A DNA stretch of 64,000 nucleotides from an uncultured delta proteobacterium (GTDB lineage: Bacteria; Myxococcota_A; Polyangia; Polyangiales; Houyiibacteriaceae): contig CAVOVB010000011.1 in NCBI GenBank assembly GCA_963699755.1, positions 7,790 to 71,789 on the forward strand, in the 5' to 3' direction. Positions 10,401 through 20,021 of the stretch are shown piece by piece. The notes under the pieces are model-generated. The model did not search any database. It saw nothing but the letters and a program-made list of their open reading frames with translations, and had not been told where the DNA came from. The stretch's first letter is position 1. The number at the start of each line of letters is the position of its first letter. The translations under genes and the position numbers were made by a program.

Positions 10401-12083
10401 TGTCGGTACGCCGCAGGGGTCCTATCGGCGCAACTCAAGGGCACGGGTCTGTTCAGCGACGACCCGAAGCTGTCGTTCTCGATGGAGTCGGACGAGCTTC
10501 GCGCTCGACGCCTCGAGCCGGGCCGGCGGGCCGGGATGGTCAATACCATCGTCGACACACCACCTGCGGTCAATCGAATATCAGGCGCCTACCAAGACGG
10601 AGTTGGGACGATGGACGTGGACATGCGCTGGTGGAACGGCGGCTTCACCAAGATTGCGGCGAAGGTGCCGTTGACCTGGGATAGCGAGCACCCGATTCCG
10701 GAGCTGGCCAAGAAGGGCGACGTCGAGGCCAACGCAAGCTTCGACAGGATGCCGTTGCAGGCCGTGCTCGCTTGGATGGCCGGCGTCGTCAATGTCGAGG
10801 GCATTCTCCAAGGTAGCGTGTCCGCTCAGGGCCGAGTCCGAGACCCGAAGCTCGTTGGAAGCGTCGATCTCTCCGATGGCCGAGTCAACCTTCGCGCCGT
10901 TGGACAGACGCTCGAGAAAGTGAGCGGGCGCGCGATCTTCGATGAAGATGGTGTTGAGATCAGCAATCTTACGTTGACCGACAGCGACGGGTCGGCGAAA
11001 GTCGACGGTCGGGTGGGGTTCAAGGCGCTCAAGCTCGAAAAGGCGGACTTCATCGTCGAGGCGAATGATTTCCCTCTGCGCCAGGAGGGTTCAATCATGG
11101 CACGGCTCAAGGGAAGCGCCCGCTTGATGGCCACGTTCGAGGAGGGCGGCCTCGACGGAGCAGTGCGCATGAGAAAGCTCGAGATCGACATCCCAGAGAG
11201 CTCGGTGACCCCACAAGATCTCGCTCCGCATCCCGAAGTCTTCCTCGTGGGTGAGGTCTACGAACCCGCCGGACCATCTAAACCGTATCGGGTAGGGCTC
11301 AAGCTTCGGTCGGAAGATCGACTGGTCATTCGCAGCAAGGATCAAGGCTTCTACGTCGAAGCGAGCGCCGATTTGGATACCATCATCGCCAAAGAGCTCA
11401 GCGTTACCGGTACGATCAATCTTCAGCGGGGTAACTTCAAAGTCTTCGGGAAGCGGTTTGAGGTCCGCTCCGGCAGCATGAGCTTCGACGGCGGCTCGGA
11501 GATGAACCCCAAGGTCGACATGGTCGCCGAGCACTCGTTGCGTGGGAGCAACGACACGGTGACCGTCGAGGTCTCCGGTCGGCTCAGCGACCCGACGATC
11601 GAGTTCAAATCGAGCGTTCCGACCACCAGCCAAGCCCAGGTGATCGCCCTACTCGTCACTGGCACCACCCGCCAGCAACGGGGAGTCAACACGTCGACAG
11701 CCCAGGCATCTCAGGACACGACCGACTTCTTGAGCGGCGTCGCGGCAGGTCTGTTCTCCGCTTCCCTGCAGTCTGAGTTTGGCGGATTTGCGCCGACGTT
11801 CGGCATCACACAAGGACAAGGTGTGGCTGACGACACCGAGGGTGACACCGCCGTACAGGTCGGTTTCAACGTAGACAGCGTGCTTCCCGACAATGTTCCA
11901 ATCCGCGGTCTCTATGTCGAGGGACAATTCGTTGCGCGACGTAGTGAAGGCGGGCCGAACACGACGGCACAGGCTCAGCGACCGGGTTTTTTGATCGAGG
12001 CGCTTTGGCCACTAAACTTCGTGACGACGGGCACCTTTGCCCCACCGTCGAACTGGAGTATCGACGTTACGTGGGAGCCGTGA
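7476..12083 (+). CDS. tamB: Translocation and assembly module protein TamB (DUF490-type)
   Basis: 1535 aa with an N-terminal membrane anchor (WFLGWPLFAIVSLLSSVLF) and a long beta-rich body. The C-terminal region resembles TamB/DUF490. Translationally coupled to the Omp85 gene. Confidence 0.85.
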   Translation: MRWISRLASWFLGWPLFAIVSLLSSVLFHLDTELGRRIGRDMLNEFVSDQMVGTMHAGYITQLRLWRTIVKDTFVYDPDGRAIIYGETVELGIDPIAGLRGRLRFYYANLINGWVDLVDDGEGAPTFLAAFEAADQSPTVGEPFHAIVDNMDLQNLEVTGELLGLKDIRVVDFDTKGRMEFYWITDIEVWSAQGRMVKPFPFEASIDNIVGSVHTDVRGAQVTAEASRGEEKVTAELVYSPREDSAEEDPWDLDLFVRVEPVRAKTLHEVGFDWAESLKGEASGWVRLWGPEETYRLQADVQTAGGRARINGDLPAEGVTRIEIASPRLELSEVVGGAPEITVGGRIEMTSDPANEDVLGVEIETEGFLYEDIQVPALFARIRARDDGLDVDSVDAEYAGGDLHLDGRVEYAGITDIHVVGNIPEVSGDPNFEQFVPGLEGGAEFDLRIRQTVRDDFEAKGRVRFDHFEYGALSAHFLILEGRVWGDPLKPKLDLALDGAALRVAGYPIGNGQALLKGGPEEYTAVGEFTAPVDRRVQFQARVAANEGVYRLDVDEVELAVGDLSWRGSVSNATLDPDKGLSFDRVLIGKGPQRLDAKGVWLFDGPDDIRADLDNFDLAVLKILYPRTAPDFSGGVDLHFEFRGDLDREPTIVAEGTLTDAVLWDISPVNAAYLINYDKGLLDADAQVDFGGRGNFTLSTTGFVDPMPGGIAESLREGVYETTLSTGAMDLTLLELILREDMPNVRGYADASIRFSGPIDAAAFKGNIRIPGFFVDRWGPVELASDFRYEYGALLAQVRMADDKGELIEAEGSLLVDLVHLAQVPSEAVEALATSPWRVSLRMPPRRLSAFPKKLGELFVPDADRLRLAASFTLAGGAFRTRGDFHSSVDWLSDSSEGLCGSEAHPRATLRAHLEDGVTELTIEGVVGNAKVLDLQASLATPLDDWLRKAEIPAWPVTQISADFYDAPTENLPYLCRYAAGVLSAQLKGTGLFSDDPKLSFSMESDELRARRLEPGRRAGMVNTIVDTPPAVNRISGAYQDGVGTMDVDMRWWNGGFTKIAAKVPLTWDSEHPIPELAKKGDVEANASFDRMPLQAVLAWMAGVVNVEGILQGSVSAQGRVRDPKLVGSVDLSDGRVNLRAVGQTLEKVSGRAIFDEDGVEISNLTLTDSDGSAKVDGRVGFKALKLEKADFIVEANDFPLRQEGSIMARLKGSARLMATFEEGGLDGAVRMRKLEIDIPESSVTPQDLAPHPEVFLVGEVYEPAGPSKPYRVGLKLRSEDRLVIRSKDQGFYVEASADLDTIIAKELSVTGTINLQRGNFKVFGKRFEVRSGSMSFDGGSEMNPKVDMVAEHSLRGSNDTVTVEVSGRLSDPTIEFKSSVPTTSQAQVIALLVTGTTRQQRGVNTSTAQASQDTTDFLSGVAAGLFSASLQSEFGGFAPTFGITQGQGVADDTEGDTAVQVGFNVDSVLPDNVPIRGLYVEGQFVARRSEGGPNTTAQAQRPGFLIEALWPLNFVTTGTFAPPSNWSIDVTWEP

Positions 12084-12090
12084 AGCAATC

Positions 12091-13458
12091 ATGAGTCGAA
12101 AACTATTCGGAACCGATGGCATTCGCGGCCTCGCGAATCGCGGGGACATGACACCAGAAGTCGCCTTTCGGATCGGCGCCGCGATCGCATATCAGGCGGG
12201 CAAGCGAGTCGAGCACGCGCCGCGAATCGTGGTCGGAAAGGATACGCGCCTGTCGGGCTACCTCTTTGAGACGGCGGTGGCTTCCGGCGTTTGCGCCCTC
12301 GGAGGCAAGGTTCTGCTATCGGGCCCGCTGCCAACCCCGGCAATTGCGCACCTCACCACGAGCATGCGGGCAGACGCAGGGGTGGTGATCAGCGCCTCGC
12401 ACAACGCCTATCAGGACAACGGTATCAAGATTTTCGGGCCAGACGGATTCAAGCTTCCCGATGAAGTCGAACAAGAAGTCGAGTCTCTGATCTTCGGATC
12501 CGAGCTCGACAAGAAGCGCCCGACGGGGACTCGTGTCGGCCGCGCGGAGCGCTTGGACGATGCGCCAGGCCGATATGTAGCGTTCGTGAAGGCGTCATTC
12601 CCCGACGAGCTGACCTTGGAAGGAGTGAAGATCGTCGTCGACGCAGCACATGGCGCAGCGTATCGAACCGCGCCGCTGGTTTTCTCCGAGCTCGGCGCGA
12701 CGACCTATTCGATCGGCGTGCGTCCCAACGGCAAGAACATCAACAGCAAGGTCGGTGCACTGCACCCGGAAGCCTGCGCGAAAGAGGTCCGGAAGCGTGG
12801 CGCGGATCTCGGCATTGCTCTGGACGGCGACGCCGACCGCATCATCATGATCGACGAAAAAGGCAACCAGATCGACGGTGACACGATTATGGCCCTCTGC
12901 GCTACGCGCATGCTCCGCGCCAAGCGCCTTCGCAGGCGGACACTGGTCGCCACGGTCATGAGCAACCTCGGCCTCGAGCACGCGATGGAAAACGACAATG
13001 GCAAGCTCTTGCGCTGCGACGTCGGCGACCGCTACGTCGTCGAAGCCATGCGAAAAGGTGGCCTGAACTTTGGAGGGGAACAGTCTGGCCACTTGATCTT
13101 TCTCGACCATGCGACCACAGGCGATGGCTTGGTTGCAGCCATGCAAGTGCTGGCCATCTTGCTCCGCGAACAACGGCCACTCTCCGAGCTCGCAGCCGAG
13201 GCGATGCAGCGCGTTCCGCAGGTGCTGATAAACGTCACCCTACCCAATCGCCGCCCGCTCGAGGACCTGCCCAAGACCAGTCGAGCGATTGCGATCGCGG
13301 AAAAGTCTCTCGGCAAGAACGGTCGAGTCCTTGTCCGATGGAGCGGAACCGAGCCGAAGCTCCGCGTCATGATCGAGGGTCCCAAGCAGGACCGAATCAA
13401 GGCCATGGCCAACGGCATCGCCGAAGAAGCGAAAAGGGAATTCAAGGCAGCCCGATAG
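12091..13458 (+). CDS. glmM: Phosphoglucosamine mutase
   Basis: ORF 12037..13458. Start chosen at ATG 12091 (MSRKLFGTDGIRG). Active-site loop SASHNAYQDNGIK. Confidence 0.95.
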   Translation: MSRKLFGTDGIRGLANRGDMTPEVAFRIGAAIAYQAGKRVEHAPRIVVGKDTRLSGYLFETAVASGVCALGGKVLLSGPLPTPAIAHLTTSMRADAGVVISASHNAYQDNGIKIFGPDGFKLPDEVEQEVESLIFGSELDKKRPTGTRVGRAERLDDAPGRYVAFVKASFPDELTLEGVKIVVDAAHGAAYRTAPLVFSELGATTYSIGVRPNGKNINSKVGALHPEACAKEVRKRGADLGIALDGDADRIIMIDEKGNQIDGDTIMALCATRMLRAKRLRRRTLVATVMSNLGLEHAMENDNGKLLRCDVGDRYVVEAMRKGGLNFGGEQSGHLIFLDHATTGDGLVAAMQVLAILLREQRPLSELAAEAMQRVPQVLINVTLPNRRPLEDLPKTSRAIAIAEKSLGKNGRVLVRWSGTEPKLRVMIEGPKQDRIKAMANGIAEEAKREFKAAR

Positions 13459-13460
13459 AC

Positions 13461-13483
13461 GGCGAGAGGGGAAGCCCCTCGCC
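13461..13483. terminator. GC-rich hairpin between convergent glmM and cdaR
   Basis: GGCGAG(A)GGG-GAAG-CCCCTCGCC, a 9-bp stem with one bulge. No clear U-tract on either strand. Confidence 0.35.
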
Positions 13484-13503
13484 CCCGCAAGACCGCTTCG
13501 CGC

Positions 13504-14472
13504 TCACGGCGCTGATGGGGCGGGGTCGTTCAGCAAGACCGTGATGGCCGCGGGCTCGATCTCGAGCACCTCGATCTCCCCGGGCAGGCCGCGAAGCTCG
13601 ACTGGGACCGACACTGGACCCTTCTTCATGGACATGTCACTCAAGTTCACGATGGCGAGCACCGAGGCCGGATTCAGCGCATCGACGAGCGCTTCGGGAC
13701 CCCGAATGCGGGCGGCGACCGCGCGAGGTCGAAGCGTACGGGGAACCATGCCCTCCGCATCGACCCGTAGTGGCGAGAGCACGCGCGTGCTCAACTTGGG
13801 CTGAACGCGCAAGGTGACCAAGACACTTTGAGGCTCGAAGGTCGTATTCGCCGGGGCTGCGACGAGTTGAACCTCGCGCCGTACCACGCCTTCTTCGAGC
13901 GCGGAGACGTCGAGCCCCACCGAGCGAACGGTGCGCATCGAGTTGACGACATCGCGCGGGCCATCGACTTCGATGGTCTCGGGAAACACTTCGGGCTGGC
14001 CGGCCCACTCGAGGCCCGGAGCCAACTTGCCCTCCAGCAATGCTTCGATCGGAATCTCACGGACGGCCCGAGGCACCCACCTGAACACCAAGGACGGTGG
14101 AACGACCTGCATCACCGAAACGCCCGCCGGCAAATCGAACATTTCCTTTTCGAAATAAAAGCGCGGGTCTTCACGGGTCTTGAGCTCGACGTCTACCGCC
14201 GGCAGGTTCTCTTGGCGGATCGCATTGAGGCGGGCTCGGCTGCCTTTGAGGCGCACGCGAACCCGATCTGGCGTTTCAGTCACGAGGATCATGTCTTGCG
14301 CATCGGGTGGAGGCCGAACGACCACGTCGACATAGACGTTTCGCTCCATGTCCTCTGCGCCGTGCACGAGCGAGAACATGAGGATCGCAATCCCGAGCGC
14401 GCTGGCTTTGAGTCCCAGGTTCTCGGTGACGAAGAGCCGCACGGAATTCAGCGATTCGACGAGCGCGCTCAC
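13504..14472 (-). CDS. cdaR: YbbR-domain protein (CdaR-like regulator of diadenylate cyclase)
   Basis: 322 aa with an N-terminal TM segment and repeated YbbR-like beta domains. The start overlaps the cdaA stop by 4 nt. Confidence 0.8.
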   Translation of the reverse strand: MSALVESLNSVRLFVTENLGLKASALGIAILMFSLVHGAEDMERNVYVDVVVRPPPDAQDMILVTETPDRVRVRLKGSRARLNAIRQENLPAVDVELKTREDPRFYFEKEMFDLPAGVSVMQVVPPSLVFRWVPRAVREIPIEALLEGKLAPGLEWAGQPEVFPETIEVDGPRDVVNSMRTVRSVGLDVSALEEGVVRREVQLVAAPANTTFEPQSVLVTLRVQPKLSTRVLSPLRVDAEGMVPRTLRPRAVAARIRGPEALVDALNPASVLAIVNLSDMSMKKGPVSVPVELRGLPGEIEVLEIEPAAITVLLNDPAPSAP

Positions 14473-15398
14473 CGCGTTTCCTCGACCTTTTTGACGGTAA
14501 TGACGGACTCGGAGCTCTGCGAACGGCTCGATTCGGGAGGTGCCAAGGTCGTGCGGCGATCGGCCGCCTTACGACGATTGCGCTTGGGTGCATAAAACAG
14601 GCCGTAGAGCGCGTCCCGCAGCGAGGCCACGTCTAGGTTCCGAACGATGTTGCCGTCGAAGCAGAGCGAAATGGCGCCGCGCTCTTCACTGACCACGACC
14701 ACGACCGCGTCGGTTTCTTCGGTGATGCCGATGCCGGCGCGGTGACGCGCGCCCAAGGAACGGTCCCCTCCGGCGGAGCCCGCCATCGGCAGGAACACGC
14801 CTGCCTGCCAGATGCGTCCTTCACGAACGATGACAGCGCCGTCGTGCATCGGATTCTCGAAGCTCGGTACGAACACGCTATGCAAGAGCTCCTTGCTAAC
14901 AGCCGCATCGACCTCGGTCCCGCGTTCGATGAACTCGTCGAGCGCAGCGCTTCGCTCGAAGGCGATCAACGCGCCAATTCGCTTCTGTGCAAGCGTTCCT
15001 GCAGCTTTGATCACCTCTTCGATGGTTTGCGTCTCCTTTGCGGTGCGCTGCCCGCGCAGCAAGGGTCGCCTCCCCATTCGCGCCAAGGCGCGCCGAATGT
15101 CTGATTGGAAGATGATGACGACGATGACCGCGAGGTAGGCGAGCACCGAATCCAAAATAGTCGTGACAGTCACCAAGCCGACACGACGCGCAAGCAAATA
15201 GCCGACAAAGACTAGGCACAGGCCGATGGCCACCTGCATCGCGCGGGTCCCGCGCAAGATGACCAAGGCCCAGTAGATCAGGACCGCTACCAGGCCTATG
15301 TCGAGGCAGTCGTGAAGCACGTCCCAAGGGCTTCGCTGGAAGAAGCTCGAGAAGCCGGCGCCGAGCTCGCTCAGCACGCTGGTAAGCACGTCGATCAC
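14469..15398 (-). CDS. cdaA: Diadenylate cyclase CdaA (c-di-AMP synthase)
   Basis: N-terminal TM helices followed by a DAC domain with DGA (MHDGAVIV) and RHR (GARHRAGIG) motifs. Confidence 0.92.
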   Translation of the reverse strand: MIDVLTSVLSELGAGFSSFFQRSPWDVLHDCLDIGLVAVLIYWALVILRGTRAMQVAIGLCLVFVGYLLARRVGLVTVTTILDSVLAYLAVIVVIIFQSDIRRALARMGRRPLLRGQRTAKETQTIEEVIKAAGTLAQKRIGALIAFERSAALDEFIERGTEVDAAVSKELLHSVFVPSFENPMHDGAVIVREGRIWQAGVFLPMAGSAGGDRSLGARHRAGIGITEETDAVVVVVSEERGAISLCFDGNIVRNLDVASLRDALYGLFYAPKRNRRKAADRRTTLAPPESSRSQSSESVITVKKVEETR

Positions 15399-16240
15399 GG
15401 AGGGCCTCCTCCTGCATCGCGCAGCGCCTCGCTGAAGCGGATCAATTGATGCATCGCGAATACGTCATGTACACGGACGGCATCGACTCCGGCCGCCACG
15501 CAGGCCGCGACTGCCGCGGCCGTGCCGCCCAGGCGCTCATCGGCGGACGGATGCTTTCCGCCTCGGTTAGGCGCAAGCTCGGCGATGAAGGATTTCCGCG
15601 AAGGCCCCACAAGTATACGGTATCCGGTCTTTCGAAAACGCCCAAGAGAACTTAGAAGCGCCGCGGATTGAGCCGCCGTCTTGGCGAACCCAAGCCCCGG
15701 ATCGAGCCAAACCGAGCCCCGCGGCACCCCGGCACGCTCCACGCGTTCAGCTGCCGCCAAGAGCTCGCCCAGGACGTCCTCAACGACGTCTCCGTAGTCG
15801 ATGTTTGGCGAGCACACTTCGCCGCTCCCACGGTTGTGCATGATGACGTAGTCGGCGCTTGCCGCCGCAGCGGCCTCCGCAAGCGCCGGAGCCTCAGCGC
15901 AGCGCACGTCGTTGACGATCACTGCGCCAGCGGCGAGAGCGGCGGCAGCGACCTCGGGCTTGACCGTGTCGATGGAAATCCGGGCGCCCAGCTCGAGGGC
16001 GAGCTTCTCGATGACGGGCACTACGCGCAAAATCTCCTCGCCGGCGGGCACCCGGTCGAAACCTTCCCCGTAGGTCCGGCCTGCAGGCCTCGAGGACTCC
16101 CCCCCGACATCGAGCACATCGGCGCCCTCCCCTAGCAAGCGCCGCCCATGATCGACAGCCGCGCGGGGATTGAGGTACTTGCCTCCGTCGCTGAATGAAT
16201 CTGGCGTCACATTGAGGACGCCCCACAGCTCGGGCATCAA
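15395..16240 (-). CDS. folP: Dihydropteroate synthase
   Basis: LNVTPDSFSDGG and DVGGESSRPAG pterin-binding motifs. Overlaps the cdaA start by 4 nt. Confidence 0.93.
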   Translation of the reverse strand: MMPELWGVLNVTPDSFSDGGKYLNPRAAVDHGRRLLGEGADVLDVGGESSRPAGRTYGEGFDRVPAGEEILRVVPVIEKLALELGARISIDTVKPEVAAAALAAGAVIVNDVRCAEAPALAEAAAAASADYVIMHNRGSGEVCSPNIDYGDVVEDVLGELLAAAERVERAGVPRGSVWLDPGLGFAKTAAQSAALLSSLGRFRKTGYRILVGPSRKSFIAELAPNRGGKHPSADERLGGTAAAVAACVAAGVDAVRVHDVFAMHQLIRFSEALRDAGGGPP

Positions 16241-16252
16241 GACCTCCGTCTA

Positions 16253-18196
16253 CTACCCTGCGCTTGGGACCTCTCGCGGGCGAGGCTGAAAGATAGCTCC
16301 CTTTCGCTTTTCTTCGCTTTCGCGGCGCTTCTCCGCGTAGGTCGGCACGCTCACGATGACCGGCGGCGGCAAATCCTTGCCGCTCATGATCGCCTCGATT
16401 TCGTCTCGACCGAGGGTCTCCCGCTCGAGCAAGGCCTGGGCGATGGCATCGAGCTCTGCCCGGTGCCCTTCGATGACAACCTTCGCACGGTCGTATTGAG
16501 CGCTGATGATACGGCGGACCTCATCGTCGATTTCCTTGGCAGTCTCTTCGGAGTAGTCTTTGTGATACGACTGACCGAGGAAGCCGGACTCTTCCTTCTC
16601 GACGTAAGAGAGCGGACCGAGGCGGGTGCTCATGCCCCATTCCGTCACCATCGAGCGAGCGAGCTGGGTCGCCTTCTTGAAGTCATCGGAGGCGCCCGTC
16701 GTCAGTTGGCCGAAGACCACCTCTTCGGCGAGTCGACCACCGAGGGCCATGGCAATTCTGTCACGCACCCACTCGGCGCTATAGCTCTGTCGGTCTTCTT
16801 CGGGCAGGGCCATCGTGAGGCCGAGCGCCGGACCGCGCGGAATGATCGTGACCTTGTGAATTGGGTCGTGGTTCGGCAACATCCACGCCACCAGCGTGTG
16901 TCCGGCTTCATGGTACGCCGTGGTCTTGCGCTCGTGCTCGCTGATGACCATCGAACGACGCTCGGAGCCCATCATGACTTTGTCCTTGGCCATCTCGAAG
17001 TCCGACATCGAGACGAGGTCCTTGTCTTGACGCGCAGCCAGGAGCGCAGCCTCGTTGACGAGGTTCTCGAGGTCGGCGCCCGAAAAGCCCGGAGTGCCAC
17101 GTGAAATGATGTCGAGCTGCACGTCGTCACCGAGCGGAACACGCCGGGTGTGCACTGCGAGGATGCCCTGGCGCCCGTTCAAGTCCGGCCTGGGCACGAT
17201 GATCCGCCGGTCGAAACGGCCCGGACGAAGGATTGCCGGGTCGAGGACATCGGGCCGGTTGGTCGCGGCGATGATGATGACGCCTTCGCTCGATTCGAAG
17301 CCATCCATCTCGACCAGGAGCTGGTTCAAGGTCTGCTCGCGCTCGTCGTGACCACCGCCGAGGCCGGAGCCACGATGACGGCCTACCGCATCGATCTCGT
17401 CGATGAAGATGATGCAGGGCGCATGCTTCTTGCCTTGCTCGAACAAATCACGGACGCGTGAAGCACCGACGCCGACGAACATCTCGACGAAGTCCGAGCC
17501 CGAAATGCTGAAGAAGGGAACGCCCGCCTCGCCCGCGATCGCGCGAGCGAGCAGCGTTTTGCCGGTGCCAGGAGCACCCATCAGGAGCACGCCCTTCGGG
17601 ATGCGGCCGCCGAGTCGCTGGAACTTCTTCGGATCTTTGAGGAAGGCGATGATCTCTTCGCAGTCGTCTTTGGCCTCGTCGATGCCAGCGACGTCCTTGA
17701 AGGTCACCTTGTTCTGGGACTCGTTGAGCAAGCGCGCACGCGACTTACCAAAGCTCATCGCCTTGCCGCCGGACGCCTGAAGCTGGCGCATGAAGAACAG
17801 AAGGATGCCAACGAGGAAGATCATAGGAAGCCAGGTCACGAGGATGCTCGTCCAGAGACTGTTTTGATCTTCGGGCAGATACTCGACGCTGACTTCGTTA
17901 TCGAGGAGCTGCTGGTTGATCTGCTCGCCCATGATCCCAACGGTAACTTTCTCGTTGCGGACGCCCCGCTGACCTTGTGTGCTTTCGTCTGCAGCCTTGA
18001 GCCAGTACGTGTACTCGCCGCTGTTGTCTTGTGGACGGATTCTGACTTTCTTGACTTTGCCCGCAGCGACGTCGGTGACGAACTCGCTAAACGGAACGCT
18101 CCTCGGCTGCTCCTCGCGCGCGACGAAGTTGAAGATCACGATGCACATCAGGATCACGAGAACCCAGAAGAGCAGTGTTTTTTGGCTTTGTTTCAT
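16253..18196 (-). CDS. ftsH: ATP-dependent zinc metalloprotease FtsH
   Basis: ORF 16253..18247. Start chosen at ATG 18196 ([16 protein letters not shown]). Walker A GAPGTGKT, Walker B IIFIDEID, zinc site HEAGH. Confidence 0.96.
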   Translation of the reverse strand: MKQSQKTLLFWVLVILMCIVIFNFVAREEQPRSVPFSEFVTDVAAGKVKKVRIRPQDNSGEYTYWLKAADESTQGQRGVRNEKVTVGIMGEQINQQLLDNEVSVEYLPEDQNSLWTSILVTWLPMIFLVGILLFFMRQLQASGGKAMSFGKSRARLLNESQNKVTFKDVAGIDEAKDDCEEIIAFLKDPKKFQRLGGRIPKGVLLMGAPGTGKTLLARAIAGEAGVPFFSISGSDFVEMFVGVGASRVRDLFEQGKKHAPCIIFIDEIDAVGRHRGSGLGGGHDEREQTLNQLLVEMDGFESSEGVIIIAATNRPDVLDPAILRPGRFDRRIIVPRPDLNGRQGILAVHTRRVPLGDDVQLDIISRGTPGFSGADLENLVNEAALLAARQDKDLVSMSDFEMAKDKVMMGSERRSMVISEHERKTTAYHEAGHTLVAWMLPNHDPIHKVTIIPRGPALGLTMALPEEDRQSYSAEWVRDRIAMALGGRLAEEVVFGQLTTGASDDFKKATQLARSMVTEWGMSTRLGPLSYVEKEESGFLGQSYHKDYSEETAKEIDDEVRRIISAQYDRAKVVIEGHRAELDAIAQALLERETLGRDEIEAIMSGKDLPPPVIVSVPTYAEKRRESEEKRKGAIFQPRPREVPSAG

Positions 18197-18319
18197 ATGG
18201 TAAGGCGGGAGGCGAGACTGAGCTGTCGAGCGAGCTGGGAGCCGCAACCCCTCTTCATCTTTGTGAGGCCGCAGAGCCCACTTGGCAACCTTCGCCCGCT
18301 TTGGCGACTCGAGGGCGAC

Positions 18320-19282
18320 TCAGGAGCGATTGCTGCGTGTTCTTCGGTGCTCACGATATTCCAACGAAAGCCCGCCGCTTTGCCGACGGGCCAACCACCC
18401 TGATCCTAGCAGGACCTCCCCCTGAGCCGTAAGAAGCCTGCCGAGCTCGACCAGGTGGCTGCGATGTGGGGTTAAGCCCGTTTCCTGCGCGATCCAGCCC
18501 CGTAACCATCGAATCCGAATCGGCGCGGCGATCTCGTTCAGTCTGTCGATCGGGATCCTCCGCACGCCCAGCGGCGGCAGCTCGGGAACCTGTGCGTCGA
18601 GGTAGGTATTGAGCTCGGCGGCCTCGTCACCGAGTGCGCTGAGATGCTCGACCAGTCGAGGGTCCTCGACCAGGAGCGCCGGCAAGATCTCGTGACGAAT
18701 CCGAACCCGCTCGAAGGCTCGTTGATGATTCGACGGGTCATCGACGAACGGAAGCCTCCGATCGAGCGCATAGGCTCGAAGATCGGATCGCCGGCAATCG
18801 AGCAGCGGACGGATCACCCCATCAGCGCGTCGCGCCTCGATTCCCCCGAGGCCGCGAATCCCCGCCCCGCGCAGAATCCTAGCAAGCACCGTTTCGGCCT
18901 GGTCGTCCTGGCTGTGTCCCACCGCGATGCTCGCTGCGCCTCGCGACCGCGCGATCTCTTGAAGTGCCCGATAGCGGAGCGTGCGCGCCCGTCCCTGAAT
19001 CGAGGCCCCTTCCCTCGGCACTTCGACCCGGGCTGTATGAAACGGAACCCCGAGACTATTGCTCAATGAAGCGACCTGCTCGACCTCCAACGCGGATTCA
19101 GGTCTGAGGCCGTGATCGATCGAAGCCACGCAGAGGGTGATGCCAAGCTCGACACGCAGGCGATGGAGCACGTCTACGAGGGCCGTCGAGTCCGGCCCTC
19201 CAGAGCACGCGACCAGCACGTGGTCTCCGGGAGAAGCCAGGCCGCGCTCGCGTACGGTCCGCCGCACCCTCGAGGTGATCAT
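18320..19282 (-). CDS. tilS: tRNA(Ile)-lysidine synthase
   Basis: PP-loop ACSGGPDSTAL. The size and its position upstream of ftsH are typical. Confidence 0.9.
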   Translation of the reverse strand: MITSRVRRTVRERGLASPGDHVLVACSGGPDSTALVDVLHRLRVELGITLCVASIDHGLRPESALEVEQVASLSNSLGVPFHTARVEVPREGASIQGRARTLRYRALQEIARSRGAASIAVGHSQDDQAETVLARILRGAGIRGLGGIEARRADGVIRPLLDCRRSDLRAYALDRRLPFVDDPSNHQRAFERVRIRHEILPALLVEDPRLVEHLSALGDEAAELNTYLDAQVPELPPLGVRRIPIDRLNEIAAPIRIRWLRGWIAQETGLTPHRSHLVELGRLLTAQGEVLLGSGWLARRQSGGLSLEYREHRRTRSNRS

Positions 19283-19291
19283 GAAGGGACG

Positions 19292-19900
19292 CTAAAACAC
19301 GCCCGACGCGAGGGAAAGCCGCATCTCGGTTCGGTCGCGGAGGCCACCCATTCGTGCGGTTTCGGCATCTCGCTGGGCCCGTCTAGAAAACGAAAAGCCT
19401 GGCGCGGCGACACGAAGTCCCGAACGTGAGCGCCGAAGAAGCCCGGGCCCTGCCTCGGCGGTCTCGAATGCGCGTTGCTCCCTTTCGCTTCGGAGCTCGA
19501 TTTGCGGCGATGGCTCCCAGCGATCCTGTCGCTCCTTTCGGACGCCTTTGAAGGTGGCCAGGATGGCAGGCATCACGCCGGCCAAGCCGACGACGAGCGC
19601 TGCGATCGAACCCTTCTCACGGCCGGGTTTGTCGAGGGCAAAGTACCCTGCAAGCGCACCGCCGGTAGCGCCGATGATCGGGAACACCGATAGCGCCCAA
19701 GCTTTGTTGAGGCCCGAGACGGAAGGAATGATCAGCCCGAGCTCGGCGCCGACCAGGCCGAGGCCGATGGTGCCCTTCGGTGTGGCCCGAAGCTCGCCGA
19801 AGCTCGTCGAGGAGCCCTGAGCTTCGGCCGCGTGCGGGACAGCCGACAGTGAAATCACCGCCGCAAGTGCCCATGCACATCCGAATCGTTCCCAGCTCAC
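19292..19900 (-). CDS. Hypothetical secreted/membrane protein
   Basis: Signal peptide (AAVISLSAVPHAAEA) and Gly-rich hydrophobic segments. Ends 9 nt before the tilS start, so it is probably the first gene of the tilS-ftsH operon. Confidence 0.6.
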   Translation of the reverse strand: MSWERFGCAWALAAVISLSAVPHAAEAQGSSTSFGELRATPKGTIGLGLVGAELGLIIPSVSGLNKAWALSVFPIIGATGGALAGYFALDKPGREKGSIAALVVGLAGVMPAILATFKGVRKERQDRWEPSPQIELRSEREQRAFETAEAGPGLLRRSRSGLRVAAPGFSFSRRAQRDAETARMGGLRDRTEMRLSLASGVF

Positions 19901-20021
19901 ATCCCCCTCCGACTGCCTGAGCGCCTACAGTACACGCCGGCCGAAACGGCTGCAACCACGCGAGGTTGCGCCCGGGACCATTTGCCTTGAATTCGCCGGA
20001 TGTCCACCCAAGAATCCGGCG

